DNA from: Acaryochloris marina MBIC11017
GTDB lineage: Bacteria; Cyanobacteriota; Cyanobacteriia; Thermosynechococcales; Thermosynechococcaceae
Assembly (NCBI RefSeq): GCF_000018105.1
Contig: NC_009925.1
Location: 2,160,001 to 2,192,000 of the forward strand
Length of the DNA: 32,000 nucleotides
Direction: 5' to 3'
Numbering within the stretch: position 1 is the first letter of the stretch; each line of letters opens with the position of its first letter. Positions 1 to 6,713 of the stretch are shown here, piece after piece. The notes beneath the pieces are model-generated. The model ran no database searches and was not told the DNA's origin. It saw nothing but the letters and a program-made list of their open reading frames with translations. The position numbers and the translations under genes were made by a program.

Positions 1-1023
1 CGGGCGTTGCGCCTCCACAATGCCTATCGCAACAATCTCCAAAGCCTGGATGTGGAAATTCCCTTGGGCAAGCTGGTTTGTATTACCGGGGTATCAGGGT
101 CGGGGAAATCGACGCTGATGAATGAATTGCTTTATCCGGCGTTGCAGCATCACTTGGGCTTTAAGGTACCGTTTCCGAATGAGTTGGACCGAGTGGCAGG
201 TCTGAAGAGTTTGGATAAGGCCATCGTCATTGACCAATCCCCGATTGGTCGCACGCCTCGTTCCAATCCTGCCACCTATACGGGGGTGTTTGACGTGATT
301 CGGAGCGTGTTTTCGGAAACGGTGGAAGCCAAGGCCCGGGGCTATAAGCCCGGTCGCTTTTCCTTTAACGTTAAGGGCGGGCGCTGTGAAGCCTGCGGTG
401 GGCAAGGGGTTAATGTGATTGAGATGAATTTCCTGCCGGATGTTTATGTGCAGTGCGAGGTTTGTAAGGGGGCACGGTATAACCGGGAAACGCTGCAGGT
501 GAAGTATAAGGGCAAGTCAATTGCCGATGTGCTGGCGATGACGGCGGAGGAAGCCCTGAAGTTTTGTGAGAATATCCCGAAGGCGGCAAATAAGCTGCAA
601 ACGATGGTGGATGTGGGACTAGGGTATGTACGGCTGGGACAAACGGCTCCAACGCTGTCGGGTGGAGAAGCCCAGCGGTTGAAGTTGGCGACGGAGCTAT
701 CCCGGCGGGCGACGGGTAAGACGCTGTATTTAATTGATGAACCGACGACGGGGTTGTCTTTTTATGATGTACACAAGTTACTGGATGTGTTGCAGCGGCT
801 GGTGGATAAGGGCAATTCAGTATTGGTGATTGAGCATAATTTGGATGTGATTCGCTGCTCGGATTGGGTGATTGATTTGGGACCAGATGGGGGCGATCGT
901 GGGGGTGAATTGGTGGCAACGGGGACGCCAGAAGCGGTTGCGAATGTCGCTGGGTCTTATACGGGACAATATCTTAAGCAGGTGCTAGCGCTTCATCCGC
1001 CAACCATTGCTGCTGACGCTTAA
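1..1023 (+). CDS. uvrA: Excinuclease ABC subunit A, C-terminal part (5'-partial; gene continues upstream of the window)
   Basis: The reading frame is open from nt 1, so the TTG at nt 7 is an ORF-caller artefact. The translation shows the second ABC module of UvrA: Walker [10 protein letters not shown], Cys4 zinc module [12 protein letters not shown], signature LSGGEAQR and Walker [12 protein letters not shown]. Stop codon TAA at 1021-1023. Confidence 0.95.
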   Translation, partial: RALRLHNAYRNNLQSLDVEIPLGKLVCITGVSGSGKSTLMNELLYPALQHHLGFKVPFPNELDRVAGLKSLDKAIVIDQSPIGRTPRSNPATYTGVFDVIRSVFSETVEAKARGYKPGRFSFNVKGGRCEACGGQGVNVIEMNFLPDVYVQCEVCKGARYNRETLQVKYKGKSIADVLAMTAEEALKFCENIPKAANKLQTMVDVGLGYVRLGQTAPTLSGGEAQRLKLATELSRRATGKTLYLIDEPTTGLSFYDVHKLLDVLQRLVDKGNSVLVIEHNLDVIRCSDWVIDLGPDGGDRGGELVATGTPEAVANVAGSYTGQYLKQVLALHPPTIAADA

Positions 1024-1140
1024 ATCCGCTAATTCACGTATTAGAATACAGTTGCAATCTGATTATCCTGATTGCTCTTGATATAGAGCAAATTCAAGAG
1101 ATTAATTGTTGGCTTTTCAAGGGTCGGCCAGGAGCAATGA

Positions 1141-4100
1141 GTGGCAGCTAATTTCCAATACGATGTTTTTCTCAGCCACAGTGCCAAGAATAAAGATGTG
1201 GTCAGGAAGATTGCAGAGCGGCTCAAATCTGCTGGGGTAAAAGTCTGGTTCGATGAGTGGAGCATTCGACCTGGAGATAGCATTCCAGCCAAAATTGAGG
1301 AAGGGTTAGAACAGTCCCGAGTGTTGGTACTGTGCATGTCTGCTGAGGCATTTGGGTCGGATTGGGCACAGTTGGAGAGTTATACCTTTCGGTTTAAAGA
1401 CCCACTAAACAAGGACCGTCGCTTTATTCCCCTCCGATTAGATGACGCCACTATCAGAGGATCACTGGCACAGTTTAGCTATATCGATTGGCGTAGGCAG
1501 GATAGCTCTGAAGCATATGGCAAACTGCTGACAGCTTGTCAACCTTATCAAGACGCTCCGCTACCAGACCCAAAACAACTCACTCAAGACGAATTTAAGT
1601 TAAAAATTCTATCGCTCGGACACACTGACGCCGTCTGGAGCGTGGCCTTCAGCGCCGACGGTCGCCGCGCCCTCTCCGGCTCCAATGACAACACCGTGCG
1701 CCTGTGGGACGTCGATACCGGACAATCCCTCAGGGTCATGGAAGGACACACTGACTCCGTCAATAGCGTGGCCTTCAGCGCCGACGGTCGCCGCGCCCTC
1801 TCCGGCTCCTCTGACAGAACCGTGCGCTTGTGGGACGTCGATACCGGACAATCCCTCCGAGTCATGGAAGGACACACTGACTCCGTCCAGAGCGTGGCCT
1901 TCAGCGCCGACGGTCGCCGCGCCCTCTCCGGCTCCTATGACAGAACCGTGCGCTTGTGGGACGTCGATACCGGACAATCCCTCCGAGTCATGGAAGGACA
2001 CACTGACTCCGTCCAGAGCGTGGCCTTCAGCGCCGACGGTCGCCGCGCCCTCTCCGGCTCCTCTGACAGAACCGTGCGCTTGTGGGACGTCGATACCGGA
2101 CAATCCCTCCGAGTCATGGAAGGACACACTGACTACGTCTGGAGCGTGGCCTTCAGCGCCGACGGTCACCGCGCCCTCTCCGGCTCTGATGACAACACCG
2201 TGCGCTTGTGGGACGTCGATACCGGACAATCCCTCCGAGTCATGGAAGGACACACTGACTCCGTCTGGAGCGTGGCCTTCAGCGCCGACGGTCGCCGCGC
2301 CCTCTCCGGCTCCTATGACCGCACCGTGCGCTTGTGGGACGTCGATACCGGACAATCCCTCAGGGTCATGGAAGGACACACTTCCTACGTCAATAGCGTG
2401 GCCTTCAGCGCCGACGGTCGCCGCGCCCTCTCCGGCTCCCAGGACCGCACCGTGCGCCTGTGGGACGTCGATACCGGACAAACTCTCAGGGTGATGGAAG
2501 GACACACTGAATACCTCCAGAGCGTGGTCTTCAGCGCCGACGGTCACTACGCCCTCTCCGGCTCCTATGACAGAACCGTGCGCTTGTGGGACGTCGATAC
2601 CGGACAATCCCTCAGGGTCATGGAAGGACACACTTCCTACGTCTTGAGCGTGGCCTTCAGCGCCGACGGTCGCCGCGCCCTCTCCGGCTCCTCTGACAGA
2701 ACCGTGCGCTTGTGGGACGTCGATACCGGACAATCCCTCCGAGTCATGGAAGGACACACTGACGCCGTCTGGAGCGTGGCCTTCAGCGCCGACGGTCGCC
2801 GCGCCCTCTCCGGCTCCTCTGACAGAACCGTGCGCTTGTGGGACGTCGATACCGGACAATCCCTCCGAGTCATGGAAGGACACACTGACTCCGTCAATAG
2901 CGTGGCCTTCAGCGCCGACGGTCACCGCGCCCTCTCCGGCTCCTATGACAGAACCGTGCGCTTGTGGGACGTCGATACCGGACAATCCCTCAGGGTCATG
3001 GAAGGACACACTGACGCCGTCTGGAGCGTGGCCTTCAGCGCCGACGGTCGCCGCGCCCTCTCCGGCTCCAATGACAACACCGTGCGCCTGTGGGACGTCG
3101 ATACCGGACAAACTCTCAGGGTGATGGAAGGACACACTGAATACCTCCAGAGCGTGGTCTTCAGCGCCGACGGTCACTACGCCCTCTCCGGCTCCCAGGA
3201 CCGCACCGTGCGCCTGTGGGACGTGGATACCGGACAAACCCTCAGGGTCATGGAAGGACACACTGGCGAAGTCTGGAGCGTGGCCTTCAGCGCCGACGGT
3301 CGCCAATACTATTCTTCTGCATCAAATGGTGTCCTACGTTTATGGCCATACGGCGATGAAACCTTGCCAGTAGTCACCGATCAGGTCGAATATACAAACG
3401 CCAAAGTCTTATTTGTAGGCAACAGTGCAGCGGGCAAAACCGGGCTTTCCAACCGGCTGGCACTAGACGCCTATAAAGAGACTGATTCTACAGTCGGTGC
3501 CTGGGCGACGCAGTGGAAGCTTCCTGTTGAGTCAAACGACGGCGTAGAAAAGGAGATTTGGCTATGGGATTTTGGGGGACAGGCGGATCAGCGGCTAATT
3601 CACCAACTCTATATGGATCAGACTCAGGTAGCGGCTTTAGTCTTTGATCCACAGAAGCCAGAATTCCTGGAGGGACTACGAACCTGGGATCGGGATCTGA
3701 CAAGGGCCGCTACAGGCGACTTTAAAAAATTGCTCGTTGCCGGACGCATCGATGCCGGAGGTCTACGCAGTGTCAGTCGCCATCAGGTTGAAGAATTTGC
3801 CCAAGAATATGGATTTGAGGAATACATCGAAACGAGTGCCAAAGAGAACATCGGCTGTAAGGAATTAAAACAGGCAATCTGTCAGTTAATCGATTGGGAT
3901 AGCATCGCCAAACGGACAACACCTAAGCTTTTCAGAAGACTCAAACAAGAGATTGTCTCCCTCAAGGACGAAGGTCGCACATTGATGCGCTTCAACGAAC
4001 TGCGTGAGGCCCTAACCCTGCGTATGAGTGGGGAACGCTTTACTGACACAGAGCTAAAGACTGTTATTTCACTTCTCGCTGGTCCAGGTGTAATGTGGGA

Positions 4101-5370
4101 ACTCGGATTTGGCTCCTGGGTTCTGCTAGCGCCTGAACTAATCAATGCCTATGCTCAAGCCGTTATTCGCACAATTCAAGAGGATGAACGCGAGTTGGGC
4201 TGTATCACAGAAGCCTGTGTCCTGGCTGGTCAGCTCAGCTATCCCAACGATCTCCAGCGGCTACCGGAAGAGGAAGAACGTATTCTGTTGCTGGCGATGC
4301 ACCGACTCCTGGTTGAAAATAGCCTCTGCCTGAGCGAACCTACGGAAACCGGAACCCTTTTGATCTTCCCTAGCTATGCTCGCCGCGAGCGTCCCGATCT
4401 GATTAAACACCCCTCCGTTATGGTCAGTTATGAGTTTGCAGGGTTTCTTGATGACATCTATGCGACTCTTATTGTTCGCCTGCACCGAATCAGCCCTTTT
4501 GAAACTGAAGAACTCTGGAAAGACGCCGCAGATTTCAAAAGCAGGACTGGCTATAAGTTGGGGGTTAAACTCTCCCGCAAAGCAGCAGGAAAAGCAGAAT
4601 TGCTGGTTTACTTCGACCCAAAGCTGTCGATTGGCGAGCGGATGATCTTTAGCCAATATGTTCAGGAGCATCTATTCCGCAAAGTCAAAGATCGTGATCA
4701 GGTCAAACGGCTGCGCCACTGGGTCTGTGGCAACTGTGGCGAACCTGTCGAGAATCGCAACCGGGCTATGCAACGTCTACACGACCAAGGGAAAGAAGCA
4801 AAAATCATCTGCGTTAACTGCGAGACATACGTGCAGCTCTGGGACGAAATGGAAGCAACGTTTGCAGACCCCGACATCCTTAGTCGAGTCAGAACCTTAG
4901 AAGCAGAAGCCCAACGTGAGCTGGATAACGAGAGCAAAGAACGAGCCCTTGTTGGTGATGTGATTTCCACGGTTGCGCTAGCAGGCCAAATTTCCCGTGA
5001 ATTCTCCGTTAGCGACCACGGCCTCGATATGGAGATTGAATTTAAGAATGACGAAGGTGAGGCAACGGGCCAGCGCCTTTACCTACAGCTCAAATCAGGC
5101 GACTCGTATCTGTCTGAAAGAAAACGTGATGGAGTGGAAATATTCAAAATTTCCAAGCAACGACATGTTGAATATTGGATAAATCAGAAATATCCAGTTA
5201 TGTTAGTCATTCGTAATTCGGAAGGCGAAATTCGCTGGATGGAAATTAGCGAATATCTTCAACAGAAAACCCAAAATGGTAAAAAACAGATTCGACAGAT
5301 CGAATTTGTGGGTGAACGCTTTGACGTGATGAGTGTCAGACATTGGCGGGAGAAAGCTCTAAAGCCGTAA
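1141..5370 (+). CDS. Multidomain TIR / WD40 x14 / Roc GTPase / COR / zinc-ribbon / DUF4365 nuclease-like protein (ROCO-type, NLR-like candidate immune or cell-death protein), 1409 aa
   Basis: GTG start at 1141, preceded by GGAG at 1131-1134.
- TIR (about 1159-1545): YDVFLSHS..VKVWFDEWSIRPGD..VLVLCMS..SDWAQLE.
- WD40: 14 units of 42 aa, GHTxxVxSVAFSADGRRALSGSxDxTVRLWDVDTGQSLRVME (1618-3381).
- Roc GTPase: P-loop GNSAAGKT (3418-3441), DFGGQ (3568-3582), AGRID as an NKxD-like G4, and ETSAKE as G5 (3829-3846).
- COR-like region (about 3900-4680): VLLAPELI..VSYEFAGFLDDIYATLIVRLHRI.
- Zinc ribbon: CGNC..CVNC (4726-4821).
- DUF4365-like: SDHGLDMEIEFK..LYLQLKSG (about 4930-5300). Confidence 0.9.
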   Translation: MAANFQYDVFLSHSAKNKDVVRKIAERLKSAGVKVWFDEWSIRPGDSIPAKIEEGLEQSRVLVLCMSAEAFGSDWAQLESYTFRFKDPLNKDRRFIPLRLDDATIRGSLAQFSYIDWRRQDSSEAYGKLLTACQPYQDAPLPDPKQLTQDEFKLKILSLGHTDAVWSVAFSADGRRALSGSNDNTVRLWDVDTGQSLRVMEGHTDSVNSVAFSADGRRALSGSSDRTVRLWDVDTGQSLRVMEGHTDSVQSVAFSADGRRALSGSYDRTVRLWDVDTGQSLRVMEGHTDSVQSVAFSADGRRALSGSSDRTVRLWDVDTGQSLRVMEGHTDYVWSVAFSADGHRALSGSDDNTVRLWDVDTGQSLRVMEGHTDSVWSVAFSADGRRALSGSYDRTVRLWDVDTGQSLRVMEGHTSYVNSVAFSADGRRALSGSQDRTVRLWDVDTGQTLRVMEGHTEYLQSVVFSADGHYALSGSYDRTVRLWDVDTGQSLRVMEGHTSYVLSVAFSADGRRALSGSSDRTVRLWDVDTGQSLRVMEGHTDAVWSVAFSADGRRALSGSSDRTVRLWDVDTGQSLRVMEGHTDSVNSVAFSADGHRALSGSYDRTVRLWDVDTGQSLRVMEGHTDAVWSVAFSADGRRALSGSNDNTVRLWDVDTGQTLRVMEGHTEYLQSVVFSADGHYALSGSQDRTVRLWDVDTGQTLRVMEGHTGEVWSVAFSADGRQYYSSASNGVLRLWPYGDETLPVVTDQVEYTNAKVLFVGNSAAGKTGLSNRLALDAYKETDSTVGAWATQWKLPVESNDGVEKEIWLWDFGGQADQRLIHQLYMDQTQVAALVFDPQKPEFLEGLRTWDRDLTRAATGDFKKLLVAGRIDAGGLRSVSRHQVEEFAQEYGFEEYIETSAKENIGCKELKQAICQLIDWDSIAKRTTPKLFRRLKQEIVSLKDEGRTLMRFNELREALTLRMSGERFTDTELKTVISLLAGPGVMWELGFGSWVLLAPELINAYAQAVIRTIQEDERELGCITEACVLAGQLSYPNDLQRLPEEEERILLLAMHRLLVENSLCLSEPTETGTLLIFPSYARRERPDLIKHPSVMVSYEFAGFLDDIYATLIVRLHRISPFETEELWKDAADFKSRTGYKLGVKLSRKAAGKAELLVYFDPKLSIGERMIFSQYVQEHLFRKVKDRDQVKRLRHWVCGNCGEPVENRNRAMQRLHDQGKEAKIICVNCETYVQLWDEMEATFADPDILSRVRTLEAEAQRELDNESKERALVGDVISTVALAGQISREFSVSDHGLDMEIEFKNDEGEATGQRLYLQLKSGDSYLSERKRDGVEIFKISKQRHVEYWINQKYPVMLVIRNSEGEIRWMEISEYLQQKTQNGKKQIRQIEFVGERFDVMSVRHWREKALKP
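1618..3381 (+). repeat. Tandem array of 14 x 126-bp coding repeats (WD40 blades) inside the 1141-5370 CDS
   Basis: The GGACACACT (Gly-His-Thr) unit start recurs at 1618, 1744, 1870 and so on to 3256, an exact 126-nt period. Units 1-13 are near-identical at nucleotide level. Unit 14 degenerates after codon 17. Exact long duplicates exist, for example 1618-1725 = 3004-3111 and about 2448-2565 = 3078-3195. Confidence 0.97.
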
Positions 5371-5373
5371 TCT

Positions 5374-6567
5374 ATGCAATCTGAACAGTCCCCTTACCTC
5401 AATAAAGTTGGCATTATCGGTGCAGGCCCCGCAGGACTCGCCACAGCCATCGCCCTCAGAAAGCAAGGCATAGAAGTCCATATCTATGAACGCGCCACAG
5501 CCTTGCGGCCCATCGGCGCAGGCGTCACCCTCTCCCCCAACGGCATCAGAAGCCTAGCCGCCATTGATACCGATATTGTTCAACAACTACAACAGCAAGG
5601 CTCCCAACTCAATCGCTTCCGCATCAGAACCGCTAAAGGATGGCCCCTCCTCAACCAACCCGTCAAAGATGACGATTACGATCAGCCCTTTCTAGCCATT
5701 CGCTGGTTTAGCCTCCAAGAAATAATGAGGGCCAAACTCCCCCCAGAAATTCTTCACCTCAATCATCAACTCACTCACTTTGAGCAAACCCATCAAAACG
5801 TCAATCTGTCCTTTGCCAACGGTGAAATGGCAACCGTTGATCTACTGATTGGCGCAGACGGCATTCGTTCCATCGTCCGCAAACAACTCTTTGACCTAGA
5901 AGACCCAGCTTATGGTGGTTGGATGACCTGGCGCGGCGTCCAAAAATATCAGCATCCCTTGCTTCCCCCTCACCACACCACGATTTTTGCCAAACGAGGC
6001 AAAAGTTTAATCCTCCTAGATAACGGCCAAGGCTATGTCTCATGGGCATTAGAGATACCCATGCCCACCATTCATCGATCCCAACATCCCGAAGCAGCAA
6101 AAACCCGAGTCCTACAGGAACTCTCCAAATGGCATCCTACCTTACAAGAACTGGTGAACCTCACAGATGCAGACACCATCGTTGAAAGACCCGTATGCGA
6201 GCCTATGATCTTGCCTCAATGGAGCAACGGCAGAGTCACCCTCGTCGGGGATGCCGCCCATCCAATGGCACCCTTCTTAGGCCAAGGCACTAACACCACC
6301 TTCGAAGACGTGTGGGCCTTATCCACCTATTTATCTCAACAGGGCAATCTAGCAAACGCTTTGAAAAACTACGAAAACAACCGTATTGAGCGCGCCCATA
6401 CTATTCAATATCGGACAATGTACTCCGCTGCTCAAATGCGCAACCCTTTCCTACGACCTCGATGGTTCAAAACATCCTTAGGAAAAGTACCAGACCAGGC
6501 CAAAGTCAGCGAAAAGGCATTTTCAGATTGGCTCTACCAGTATGAGCTAACAACTGAATCAACTTAA
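5374..6567 (+). CDS. FAD-dependent aromatic-ring monooxygenase/hydroxylase family protein (UbiH / salicylate hydroxylase / zeaxanthin-epoxidase-like), 397 aa
   Basis: Rossmann dinucleotide motif GIIGAGPAGLATA, GADGIRSIVR motif, and GDAAHPMAPFLGQGTNTTFEDV FAD-ribityl motif. The ATG lies 3 nt after the stop of the preceding gene. Confidence 0.85.
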   Translation: MQSEQSPYLNKVGIIGAGPAGLATAIALRKQGIEVHIYERATALRPIGAGVTLSPNGIRSLAAIDTDIVQQLQQQGSQLNRFRIRTAKGWPLLNQPVKDDDYDQPFLAIRWFSLQEIMRAKLPPEILHLNHQLTHFEQTHQNVNLSFANGEMATVDLLIGADGIRSIVRKQLFDLEDPAYGGWMTWRGVQKYQHPLLPPHHTTIFAKRGKSLILLDNGQGYVSWALEIPMPTIHRSQHPEAAKTRVLQELSKWHPTLQELVNLTDADTIVERPVCEPMILPQWSNGRVTLVGDAAHPMAPFLGQGTNTTFEDVWALSTYLSQQGNLANALKNYENNRIERAHTIQYRTMYSAAQMRNPFLRPRWFKTSLGKVPDQAKVSEKAFSDWLYQYELTTEST

Positions 6568-6620
6568 CTCGCCTCCGTCAGGCCAAGAAAAGACTGGAGT
6601 CCTATACGCATTTACACAAA

Positions 6621-6650
6621 AATAAAGCGCCCCCGGAGGAGCGCTTTATT
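6621..6650. terminator. Bidirectional intrinsic terminator hairpin between convergent genes (FAD monooxygenase and psbA)
   Basis: Perfect 10-bp inverted repeat AATAAAGCGC (6621-6630) / GCGCTTTATT (6641-6650) with a 10-nt loop. It is flanked by an A-run upstream on + (acacaaaa), which gives a U-tract for the minus-strand psbA transcript. The 3' arm itself ends TTTATT on +. Confidence 0.75.
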
Positions 6651-6713
6651 CAAATTAGGTTCTCAGTTTAACCGAGGTTAAACCTTTAATTCAGAACTGA
6701 ATCAGTTCAGGAA

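Noticed and set aside
94-919. Antisense ORFs (103 aa and 169 aa) inside uvrA
   Set aside because: They are entirely nested opposite a strongly recognisable UvrA ABC module. Their translations are Pro/Ser/His-rich low-complexity sequence.
1072-1091. Hairpin TTGCTCT-tgatat-AGAGCAA downstream of uvrA as a possible terminator
   Set aside because: It has only a 7-bp, AT-rich stem and no downstream U-tract, which is too weak to call. It may still contribute to the promoter or leader of the giant gene.
1609-3306. A 565-aa antisense ORF, with several other long ORFs in alternative frames (1685-2494 +, 1584-1877 -, 1935-2129 -, 2637-2897 -, 2943-3137 -) overlapping the WD40 region
   Set aside because: These are artefacts of the 126-bp periodicity. 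A unit that lacks stop codons in an off-frame keeps that frame open for as long as the array runs. Their translations are low-complexity repeats (GAGEGAATVGAEGHA...) with no start or RBS context. The sense frame gives a textbook WD40 consensus.
1618-3381. Regularly spaced near-identical repeats that could superficially resemble a CRISPR array or a satellite
   Set aside because: The units are contiguous with no spacers. The period is an exact multiple of three (126 nt = 42 codons). They sit in frame inside a long ORF and encode WD40 blades, so this is a coding tandem repeat.
1141-5370. Absence of HIP1 sites in the giant gene as evidence of horizontal acquisition
   Set aside because: With about one site per 4.5 kb in this window, zero sites in 4.2 kb is well within chance.
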